64,000 bases of DNA from Chlamydiia bacterium (lineage in GTDB: Bacteria; Chlamydiota; Chlamydiia; Chlamydiales; JAAKFQ01): the NCBI GenBank assembly GCA_041688145.1, contig JBDNIV010000017.1:1-64000 (forward strand), read 5' to 3'. Position 1 is the first letter of the stretch, and each line of letters starts with the position of its first letter. Positions 56,091-64,000 of this stretch are shown here, one piece after another. The position numbers and the translations under genes are program-made. The notes beneath the pieces are model-generated. The model had not been told where the DNA came from and did not search any database. It was given only the letters and a program-made list of their open reading frames with translations.

Positions 56091-56185
56091 ATCTTTCAAT
56101 AAGTACTCTTATTAGTTCTCTATTTGGACAAAAATACCAAATGCCGTATGATCCCGTATTATTTCACCACCCCGGAGCATAAATT

Positions 56186-57082
56186 TTGGCTCGCCATTAT
56201 TCTACCTTTATAGCTACAGTAGCTGCATCTCTTACCTGCGTCCCTTGCACACTTAAGGCAACGCCCCACCAGATCCCGACTAACTTCTTCAAAAATCAGG
56301 GTGAATACCTCTATTACGGGAAAACCCATGTGCACAATCCTGCTATTGCCAATAACGAGGTGAGCTACGCTCAGGTTTTCCATGCAGAGAGCAGCTGGAA
56401 CCATATGTTCAACCGGAAGGCCGGCTTTAAAATAGGAGTTGGAGCCTCAGGCTTAAAGCTAGATTGGCAGCACAATCCTATCACCACTCGTAAGCTCTTC
56501 GGCCAAGCTGAATTTTCTTTAGGTCTTTTTACCCTCGATGCTAAAGGCTGGACGATAGCTTCTGAATTTACGATGTCCATGGATCCAGCTGAGATGGATT
56601 TTTCTCATTACACGCTGTATCGAGGCATTATCTACACGAAGTATAACTACGAAGACAAGTTCAATATACATGCAGGCTTTATTGGTTACTATGGCCTGAG
56701 ATACAACCGTGTAGTACCTATTGCAGGGATTGACTTTTCTATAGGGAAATACGTTAAAGTAAACGCTGTATTCCCTATAAATGTCAGCTTAGAAATAGAG
56801 CCAAATCGCTTTTTGACTTTGTTTGCTCGCGCTCGCTTTTTACAATTGCCAAGACGCCTACAAAAAACAGACCCCTTACCTGAAGGAGTCATGTTCTATA
56901 ACGGTTCTGGCGCTGAAGGCGGCGTTAAACTTCACTACTTTGAGTACTTCAACGTCCAAGGTTTTGTCGGCCGTACGTTAAGCCCCCACATTAAAGCAGA
57001 GACTTTTGATGGAGCTGAAACAACGTATTACCGCATGCGCTCGTCTACGTACTTCGGGGCAAGCATTCTCTTTTACTTCTAG
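56186..57082 (+). CDS. Probable outer-membrane beta-barrel protein
   Basis: Signal-like N-terminus, alternating aromatic beta strands and a terminal Phe (YFGASILFYF). Confidence 0.75.
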   Translation: MARHYSTFIATVAASLTCVPCTLKATPHQIPTNFFKNQGEYLYYGKTHVHNPAIANNEVSYAQVFHAESSWNHMFNRKAGFKIGVGASGLKLDWQHNPITTRKLFGQAEFSLGLFTLDAKGWTIASEFTMSMDPAEMDFSHYTLYRGIIYTKYNYEDKFNIHAGFIGYYGLRYNRVVPIAGIDFSIGKYVKVNAVFPINVSLEIEPNRFLTLFARARFLQLPRRLQKTDPLPEGVMFYNGSGAEGGVKLHYFEYFNVQGFVGRTLSPHIKAETFDGAETTYYRMRSSTYFGASILFYF

Positions 57083-57085
57083 TAC

Positions 57086-57664
57086 CTAATCTTGTACGAA
57101 CTCAAAAGAACCTACAAAGAAGTCAAAATTCTCTTCTTGAAAGTGCGTTTTATGACTTTCCATAGCGACTAGATATAAGCAGTTATTTACCATAACAGCT
57201 CGCCCTTTCATCATGACGCCATTGTTATTGACCAGAAAATCTACAGCTGTGTTGCCTTGAAAAGAATGCCAGTTGCTTGCCATAAGCTCACTCTCTGAGC
57301 TATGCGACAAGATCCCTTTCAGAAAAGCATCTAGACCTACTTTAGGGTCTGGCTTTACCTCTGTTTTCGGATACTCAGCAATAAGCACCATGTATAGAGC
57401 GTGTACGCCATGTTCTGCGATATAAGCATCGTATTTGATAGCGACCTTACCGCTTTTAAGCTTGAGTGTCTCAGAGACATGATGTGGGTAGCTTGGGAAT
57501 GAAACCTTATACTTATTCACACCGCTAGCAACGAAATCTTGCCAGTTATGTCCACTTTCATCTTTGCTCGCTTGAGCTGGAGAAAGATAAAGCATAGCCA
57601 CACATGCAACAAGCATGGCAATAAGCCCTTTTAAAATCCCCTTCTTCTGTATTAAATGCGCCAT
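57086..57664 (-). CDS. Exported hypothetical protein (PsbP/DcrB-like pattern)
   Basis: Signal peptide, W..F......VSFP..P and a C-terminal F..F..SF.F. Confidence 0.65.
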   Translation of the reverse strand: MAHLIQKKGILKGLIAMLVACVAMLYLSPAQASKDESGHNWQDFVASGVNKYKVSFPSYPHHVSETLKLKSGKVAIKYDAYIAEHGVHALYMVLIAEYPKTEVKPDPKVGLDAFLKGILSHSSESELMASNWHSFQGNTAVDFLVNNNGVMMKGRAVMVNNCLYLVAMESHKTHFQEENFDFFVGSFEFVQD

Positions 57665-57690
57665 TGCTTGATTCTCCTTTTAAGCATGTT

Positions 57691-58353
57691 TTAGGCTATA
57701 AGTCCCCCGACTAGCCCTATAAAAAAGACAAAAAACGACGACAAAACAAAGAAGATAACCATGTTAAAAAGCGATCCAATAATCCATGTCCCAATCGCTT
57801 TTGCCGTCGAAAACTTGTGTACCAGACTAATACCGCTTACGTAGATCACAATGCTCCAAATACTGAGCACAAGACCGACAAGCCAGTTGGTAAAGGCCCA
57901 GCCTGGATAGTGAGCCATAACCGCCATAAGCGGGATATTTCCTAAAATAATACTCGCTCCCATAGAGCGCGCAACGATGAGGTTTACAACCCACATCACG
58001 AAATAGAGACATGCAGGAACATTTGCCCAGATAAAGACTGTTGTGGCGTCTTGTGCATTAGCTTTTCCCCCGAACCATCCCCCAATTTTACTCATCAGCC
58101 ATCCCCCAATACGGAAAAAGACTAGAGCCAAAATAGGCGAGAGTACAATTGTTAAAAGCACAACTACAAGCCGACTCCAGCTGACAAAATTAGAGATGCC
58201 TGCACTCAAAATGTATGAAGCGTAGTTCAAACCAATAACAGTCGCAAAAAACAAACGCATATAATGAGGCTTATATTCGAGCACTTTCGAAAACGTCTCT
58301 TTTGGCGACATCCAAATAGTTCCCCAAGGGCTGCGTCTCCATGGCTTTTGCAT
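57691..58353 (-). CDS. Yip1-family membrane protein
   Basis: IW.SP.ETF, W.GGKA, WA.VP, IWSIVI...G.S.VH.FST.KA. Confidence 0.85.
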   Translation of the reverse strand: MQKPWRRSPWGTIWMSPKETFSKVLEYKPHYMRLFFATVIGLNYASYILSAGISNFVSWSRLVVVLLTIVLSPILALVFFRIGGWLMSKIGGWFGGKANAQDATTVFIWANVPACLYFVMWVVNLIVARSMGASIILGNIPLMAVMAHYPGWAFTNWLVGLVLSIWSIVIYVSGISLVHKFSTAKAIGTWIIGSLFNMVIFFVLSSFFVFFIGLVGGLIA

Positions 58354-58544
58354 ACGGCTCTCCAGGGCCTAAGGGCCCATTACATTAATCTCTCTTATAA
58401 TTTCACATTATTAACTAATTGGTATTAATTCAATTAATATTTAAACTAACTATAACTATTTAAAACTAACTAAATTAAGCTGAATAGATTGTTGTTTGTT
58501 AAGTAAAATGTGAATAGAGCTGAAAAATCAGCTTAGATAAGAAC

Positions 58545-58578
58545 AAAAAAAAGCCCCTTATTGCTAAGGGGCTTTTTT
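58545..58578. terminator. Strong bidirectional intrinsic terminator inside a divergent intergenic region
   Basis: A8-GCCCCTTA-TTGC-TAAGGGGC-T6. Confidence 0.85.
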
Positions 58579-58580
58579 AC

Positions 58581-58619
58581 TCACGCTACGGCTTTATAGA
58601 GATTAGTCCAATGGGACAT
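58581..58619 (-). CDS. Candidate 12-aa micro-ORF MSHWTNLYKAVA
   Basis: AGGGAG lies 5 nt before ATG 58619. The TGA is 2 nt before the terminator. Confidence 0.35.
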   Translation of the reverse strand: MSHWTNLYKAVA

Positions 58620-58718
58620 CTTCGCTCCCTGCTGCTACCTTTTAGAATTTTCTTTCCAAAAAATTCCAATTGAGATAAACAGACGAGACAATTAGCTACC
58701 CCAACGGAGATGTGACTT

Positions 58719-59177
58719 ATGGTACGCCCTAAAAGTGAACGCTTAAGAAAGCTTGAAGCCGAATGCCAAGACCTAAAACAGTGGCTCGACCTTGGTCTTG
58801 TGCCTAAAAAAGACCTTACAATCCATGAAGCTGAAATTAAAACGCTTGAGACTAAAATCGAAGAAGAAAAAGAGCGTCTTAAAGCGATTAAAGATAGCGG
58901 TGATACTGAAGAATATATCATCCCTAGAAGAAACAACGCTAAAGCCGGCTACCAAGAAAACGCGCTAGGCTCAGAGCTTGAGATTGAAGGCGGCAGCAGC
59001 CTAACAGATGCAGGCTTAGAGTCTTCTACTTACGAGAGCTCTTCTAGCTTTGCTCCTGATGGGTATGAAACAAGTGATGACCAAACAGATGTCACTGAAG
59101 AAGAAGAAGATCCTTTCTCAGATAAAAACCGCTGGAAGCGCGGGATGCTGAGTGATCAAGACAACAGCCAGTGGTAA
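58719..59177 (+). CDS. Chlamydiae-conserved acidic protein (CT053-like)
   Basis: KSERL.KLE.E..DL.QW..LGLVPKK and DPFSD.NRW.RG resemble C. trachomatis CT053 as recalled, which also lies next to a hemN-like gene. Confidence 0.8.
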   Translation: MVRPKSERLRKLEAECQDLKQWLDLGLVPKKDLTIHEAEIKTLETKIEEEKERLKAIKDSGDTEEYIIPRRNNAKAGYQENALGSELEIEGGSSLTDAGLESSTYESSSSFAPDGYETSDDQTDVTEEEEDPFSDKNRWKRGMLSDQDNSQW

Positions 59178-60325
59178 TAGCACCTAAAGCTAGTCTCTAC
59201 TTCCATATCCCCTTCTGCCGTAAAAAGTGTCCTTATTGCCATTTTTATGTCTTGGCTTTTAAGGCCTCGCAAGAAGACCTTCTGATAGATGCTCTAGAAC
59301 AAGAGTGGCAGCAAAAACGCGATAAACTCTCACAATTTTCTATCACCTCTATATACTTTGGAGGGGGCACTCCAACGCAGCTCTCCCCTAAAGCTTTTGA
59401 AAAGATCCTTTCCTGGATCCATAGAGACTGCAAAGTTGACTTAGACTGTGAGATCACATTAGAAGCCAATCCTGAAGATATCACCCCCTCTACTTTTCCT
59501 CTTAAAGACTACCAGTCTTTTGGCATTAACCGCATAAGCTTAGGAATCCAATCATTTGATGATACTCTCTTAAAAGCGCTTGGGCGAGGGCACTTGGGAG
59601 CTCAAGCAAAGGCAGCTATTGAAAAAGCAGATAATTTTGGCTTTGATAACATCACAATAGACCTGATGTATGAGACGCCGCACCAAACGCTTGAATCTTG
59701 GGAAAAAACGCTTCTTTGTGCAATTAGCCTTCCCATCTCACACATCTCACTCTATAACCTCACTTTTGAAAAAGGAGCGGCTTTTTTCAGAAAGCAAAAA
59801 AGCCTTCTTCCTCTGCTTCCTTCTGAAGCAGACTCAACCCAGATGTTTGAGCTCTGTGATGAAATCCTGCCTAAAGCGGGCCTCAATCGTTATGAAATCT
59901 CTGCTTTTGCTAAAACTAAAAAAGAATCTCGACATAACCTCGGCTACTGGCAAGGTAGATCTTTTTTAGGTTTTGGTCCTTCTGCTTTTAGCTATTGGGA
60001 TAAAAAGCGGTTTCAAAATATCGCAAATCTTAAAAAATATAGCGACCTTTTAAAAGAAGGCAAAAGCCCAATAGATTTCAGTGAAAGCCTAGAGCCCCTA
60101 GCTCATCAAGCTGAGATGCTTGCGGTAGGCCTGAGACCTTTAGAAGGCATAGACATATCAAGCTTTGAAGCCCAATATGGGGCACTCAGCCCTGAGATCG
60201 AAAAAACACTTAAACGCTTAGAAGAGGCCAAGTTCATCAAACTTGCCTCTACACAAAAAATAAGCCTCACCCCGAAGGGGAGGCTTTTTCATGATACAGT
60301 AGCTGAAGAGCTCATTCAAGCTTAA
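59171..60325 (+). CDS. hemW: Radical SAM heme chaperone HemW (HemN-like)
   Basis: [32 protein letters not shown] and HN..YW. Confidence 0.92.
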   Translation: MVIAPKASLYFHIPFCRKKCPYCHFYVLAFKASQEDLLIDALEQEWQQKRDKLSQFSITSIYFGGGTPTQLSPKAFEKILSWIHRDCKVDLDCEITLEANPEDITPSTFPLKDYQSFGINRISLGIQSFDDTLLKALGRGHLGAQAKAAIEKADNFGFDNITIDLMYETPHQTLESWEKTLLCAISLPISHISLYNLTFEKGAAFFRKQKSLLPLLPSEADSTQMFELCDEILPKAGLNRYEISAFAKTKKESRHNLGYWQGRSFLGFGPSAFSYWDKKRFQNIANLKKYSDLLKEGKSPIDFSESLEPLAHQAEMLAVGLRPLEGIDISSFEAQYGALSPEIEKTLKRLEEAKFIKLASTQKISLTPKGRLFHDTVAEELIQA

Positions 60326-61380
60326 GCTAAGCCAATATCTTTACAACGGTAGACATCTTGAATACCGTGCAATAGCTCTATCCCCTCTTTCATAGGACGC
60401 TGGAATGCTTTTCTTCCACAGATAAGACCAAGACCTCCTGCACGCTTGTTGATGACAGCTGTTGATACCGCATCTTGCAAATCGTTGTCTCCAGAAGCGC
60501 CGCCCGAGTTGATAAGGCCCATACGCCCCATGTAGCAGTTGATAACCTGGTAACGCGTAAGATCAATTGGATGATCCGAACAAAGATCTGTGTACATGCC
60601 ATCGACTTGCTTACCAAACTTAAGCGTCTTAAAACCGCCGTTATTCGTTGGCAGCTTCTGCTTAATGATATCGGCTTCAATCGTCACACCAAGATGGTTC
60701 GCCTGGCCGGTTAAATCAGCTGCTGTGTGAAAGTCTTTACCCTCTGTTTTAAAACCAGGGTTTCTAAGATAGCACCAAAGAATTGTGGCCATGCCAAGCT
60801 CATGGGCTCTATCAAACGCTCTTGCCACATCAATAATTTGCTGGTCGCTTTCCTCAGAACCGAAATAGATTGTTGCACCTACAGCAGCGCACCCCATCTC
60901 ATAAGCTTGCTCTACTGAAGCAAACATGATCTGATTAAATGTATTAGGATATGTCATCAACTCGTTGTGATTAAGCTTAAGAATAAAAGGGATCTTATGC
61001 GCGTATTTACGTGCTACAGAACCAAGCACTCCCAACGTAGACGCTACACCACTACATCCGCCTTCAACAGCAAGCTTAACAATGTTTTCTGAATCGAAGT
61101 AAATTGGGTTTTTAGCAAATGAAGCTCCAGCTGTATGCTCAATACCTTGGTCAACCGGCAAGATACTTAAGTACCCTGTATCCGCAAGTCTTCCATGAGA
61201 AAAAAGCCACTGCAAGTTACACAGCACTCTGCCATTACGGTTAGAAGGAATAAAGATCCTATCTACCCAATCAGACCCAGGCTTATGTAGGTCTTTAGAA
61301 CACTCGATTTTACTTTTGTAGTTTAAAAGGTCATCTGCTTGATTTCCTAGAATTTTTTCAATATCACTTAGTTTTGCCAT
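60322..61380 (-). CDS. fbaB: Class I fructose-bisphosphate aldolase (DhnA/FbaB)
   Basis: [36 protein letters not shown] and GRKAFQRP. Confidence 0.96.
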   Translation of the reverse strand: MAKLSDIEKILGNQADDLLNYKSKIECSKDLHKPGSDWVDRIFIPSNRNGRVLCNLQWLFSHGRLADTGYLSILPVDQGIEHTAGASFAKNPIYFDSENIVKLAVEGGCSGVASTLGVLGSVARKYAHKIPFILKLNHNELMTYPNTFNQIMFASVEQAYEMGCAAVGATIYFGSEESDQQIIDVARAFDRAHELGMATILWCYLRNPGFKTEGKDFHTAADLTGQANHLGVTIEADIIKQKLPTNNGGFKTLKFGKQVDGMYTDLCSDHPIDLTRYQVINCYMGRMGLINSGGASGDNDLQDAVSTAVINKRAGGLGLICGRKAFQRPMKEGIELLHGIQDVYRCKDIGLA

Positions 61381-61433
61381 TTAGGTATCTCCTCGTTATG
61401 AAGCGTAACTTTACCTGAAATGACTGAATGTGA

Positions 61434-61458
61434 CAAGGGCCTCTAAAAGAGGCCCTTG
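61434..61458. terminator. Perfect GC-rich hairpin between the PP2C gene and fbaB
   Basis: CAAGGGCCTCT-AAA-AGAGGCCCTTG, with no clear U-tract on the minus strand. Confidence 0.5.
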
Positions 61459-61493
61459 CTTTACTATTTCCTAAGATGATCAACAAGAGGATT

Positions 61494-62755
61494 TTAACTA
61501 AGCTCTCTTTTAGTTAAGTCCCAATGGATAAGTGAGATGTTATCTCCTTTTGAGCTTGCTTGTTCATAAGCTGCTTTCACCCAAGCTTGAGGCCCCTCTA
61601 AAACAGTTGGAAGAAATTTAGAGCTGTCTGGGAAGCTATCTGTCACACCATCGCAACATACAACTACGTGTAACACATCTGCCATAGCGAAAGGGCCTTG
61701 AACATCAGGAACACATAGAAGGCCTACATGCCCATTTGGAAGCTCTATACTAGTTGGAAGCACTATACTAGAATGCCCAAAAGCATGAGAAACACCAAAG
61801 GTATCTTCTCCCCCGTCATCCCAGTGCAAGCCTCCATAGACTGAGCCACCAAGAGGTACTGCTGATTCATCTACTAAATAGCCCTGCTTACGCATTGCGA
61901 CTATAGTATCCTTATCGAACCCATGGTCTTCGCTAGCTGCAAGCCATTTATTATCGCGGTCATAGACAATAGTCCGAGAATCTCCCAGGTTAATTATCCA
62001 ACAATTATTTTTTATTCTTAAAAAGAGAGTCGCTGTTGTACCTGCTCGAGCGGTTGGAGGCTGGTCTGTGAGTGAAGGCTGAGCATTCCTTGGAAACTGT
62101 CTTACACACGCTGCTTGTGCCTGCTCAAATATAGCGATAATCTCACCTTGAAAGTTTTCTGGAGCAATCTCTTCTGAGACTAGTCTTTGAGCAAGAAGAA
62201 CAAGCTTTTCCCTCATTTCATCTTTAATAAATTCAGAGAGTTGCTTGCCGGGGGGGTCTTGATATCGCTTTCAGGACTTGCACTGTGTCCATCGAAAACA
62301 CCTAAAATAGTGTAATCTCTTGTCTGCACAACAACTGTACTATCTTCTTGATATTTCAGTTCAGGGCCAGTTGTATGAACGTCTGTTATACCTGAACTAG
62401 TTTGAACTTCCACATCAAAAACCTTGTCTGGAAATTTTCCAGAATCAGTAGTACATTTAAATAGCTCACAAGCCATCCGATCAAGCCCTATACTTACAGT
62501 TTCTTTTTGAGGTGGCTGCTGTTCTAATTCTCTAGGCTGAGCTTGAAGGTAAGATAACGCTAAGCGCGTTAGATACCCAAGTGCTAAAGAAGAGGCTACA
62601 GTCGCAGCAAACAGCTTTAAAGAAGGAGCTTTTATAGCATTTGATTTTAGAGTGCTTTGAGCTACATAAGCTACAAGTCCAACAAAAGGCGTGATAGCAG
62701 CAGCGGCAGGCAGATAACTGCGACAATTAGTATACGAAAAAGGAAATAGAAACAT
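61494..62755 (-). pseudogene. Frameshifted PP2C (PPM) Ser/Thr phosphatase with N-terminal hydrophobic hairpin
   Basis: YQED and GVFDGH are in ORF 62213-62755. GTT, NLGDSR, DH, S.AFG, CDGVTD and DNIS are in ORF 61494-62216. The frames join at the C7 tract 62250-62256. Confidence 0.85.
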
Positions 62756-62949
62756 AATTTTACACTCTAAGTTGTTTTTTATAATAACAATTATAATTCA
62801 AATGAGCATTTATTAGAATAGAAAAAGCAAACAGCCCTTGCTGAGAGAAGTCTGTTGTTTATATAAGTAATGCGCAGGCTCAAATATAAGCAAAGCGCTT
62901 ATCTTTAATAAAATAAGCCCCCTGCTTAAGATCAAAAATTTTCTAATAC

Positions 62950-63384
62950 TTACTTCTTGTAAAAAGCGAGCTCTACTATTCCATCTTTAGCCCAAATTGT
63001 TCCTTTAGGCTGATGTAATCGGTCTATTTTTGGAGGCAAAGGCAGTGTGTATTTGAGCTCTTTAGAGCTACTATTGAAGCCAAAAGCTCCACGAGATCTT
63101 GCTTGAACAATAAGAACTAGATTGTTGTTTTCGTTGATATGCGATTCAAACGAAGTAATTATCAAACCTTTCAAAGTGGCCTCTTTACCTTCTTTTTCCT
63201 CCCAAAACATAGCTTTTAGATAGATAAACTTATCATCTTCTGATGCTTTCCAATCTCCTTGCAGCAAACTAGCATAAGCTTCTAAAGAGCACTGATCTGT
63301 TCCAATAATATTAATGGAGCCCCCTGCTCGAAAATCTAATCTATCTGTGATGAAGTAATTTCCTGAATCCACTGAATTTGCCAT
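62950..63384 (-). CDS. Hypothetical protein, possible divergent HSP20/alpha-crystallin domain
   Basis: AAGGAG RBS. C-terminal YTLPLPPKID...AKDGIVELAFYK resembles the sHSP LP..VD...A...NGVL.I...K pattern. Confidence 0.6.
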   Translation of the reverse strand: MANSVDSGNYFITDRLDFRAGGSINIIGTDQCSLEAYASLLQGDWKASEDDKFIYLKAMFWEEKEGKEATLKGLIITSFESHINENNNLVLIVQARSRGAFGFNSSSKELKYTLPLPPKIDRLHQPKGTIWAKDGIVELAFYKK

Positions 63385-63716
63385 GTTATTTCTCCTTATT
63401 TCTATTCTGTGTAAACCTTAAAAAAGAGCCAGTGTACCTCCTTCCTTCTATTTTTTTCTAGTGATAAAAAGCCTTTCCTTGCTACAAGGTTTAAAAAAAA
63501 TATATTGATACATGAGACAAAAAAACTATGAAGCTTAATGGAAGAAAAGCGCACAGAAAAAAAGGAACTTCTAAGTTTCCTAAACCCTTTCTTAAGCTGA
63601 TAGCTCCTTTACACTGGTACCCTGTTTTTGCCAGCCGCATTACCCATGTAGGTGGCGATCCTAACGGCTTTGGAAAAGAGATGTTCCAAACATATATCCA
63701 TCTATATTAAAACACG

Positions 63717-63745
63717 TTGAAAATCAAAGGCGTTTTATGCATAAT
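63717..63745 (+). promoter_or_regulatory. Candidate sigma66/sigma70 promoter
   Basis: TTGAAA-17 nt-CATAAT upstream of ATG 63782. Confidence 0.55.
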
Positions 63746-63781
63746 GTGCTTATCTATAAAGACTCTTTTTAAAGGAATGAA

Positions 63782-64000
63782 ATGCGCCGATCGATAGCTG
63801 TAAGTGAGCCTGCCATAGCCTATGCAGGACAAAAAAGAACCTGGAAATTTATCTATACAACAGCCACTGCCCTACCTAAGGGAACAAAGCTAAAGTTTGA
63901 TCTGCTTAGTGAAGGGCGCCCTACAGACTGGGAATTGCCTGAAACCGATAGCAAAAAGAAAAAAAATGTAATCTACATGGTTACAGAAGAAGGGGCTAAA
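63782..64000 (+). CDS. 5' part of a Chlamydiae-conserved protein (probably DUF3604 family); runs off the window
   Basis: Not in the ORF track. AAAGGA RBS. MRRSIAVSEPAIAYAGQKRTWKFIY...LPKGTKLKFDL...GRPTDWELP resembles the N-terminus of chlamydial DUF3604 proteins from memory. Confidence 0.7.
   Translation, partial: MRRSIAVSEPAIAYAGQKRTWKFIYTTATALPKGTKLKFDLLSEGRPTDWELPETDSKKKKNVIYMVTEEGAK

Noticed and set aside
63528..63710. 60-aa basic ORF
   Set aside because: Short, weak RBS and no motif. It cannot be supported, although it is not excluded.
1..64000. CRISPR array, transposase, prophage, rRNA, tmRNA
   Set aside because: No regularly spaced repeats or matching genes were found. smpB has no adjacent ssrA in this window.

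Overview
This window is gene-dense, AT-rich chromosomal DNA that most likely comes from an environmental member of the phylum Chlamydiae. The evidence is a fused aroDE, leuS-waaA, yidC-dnaA, a short rodZ divergent from rnhC, and a CT053-like gene before hemW; these homologies are recognised from memory, not searched. Housekeeping content includes cydAB, rarA, pdhABC, two CAT tRNAs, smpB, pip, aroB-DE-A-K-C, lgt, rlmH, mgtE, fbaB and many transporters (MFS, three DMT, APC, NSS, DUF368). Orphan genes are scattered between them, several with Inc-like hydrophobic hairpins or in tandem paralog pairs. No CRISPR array, IS element, prophage or rRNA was seen. The most notable observations are: (1) a membrane-anchored PP2C phosphatase split exactly at a C7 tract; (2) a cytochrome bd whose heme-site Glu before GRQPW is Cys; (3) lgt and rlmH head-to-head with zero gap; (4) a duplicated orphan gene with a co-duplicated palindromic site and an ATG-to-ATC start, plus a probable ATT start elsewhere; (5) a 12-codon micro-ORF with a strong terminator between divergent genes; (6) helically phased AACTA(A/T) arrays in two promoters; (7) an N-truncated sulfotransferase remnant.
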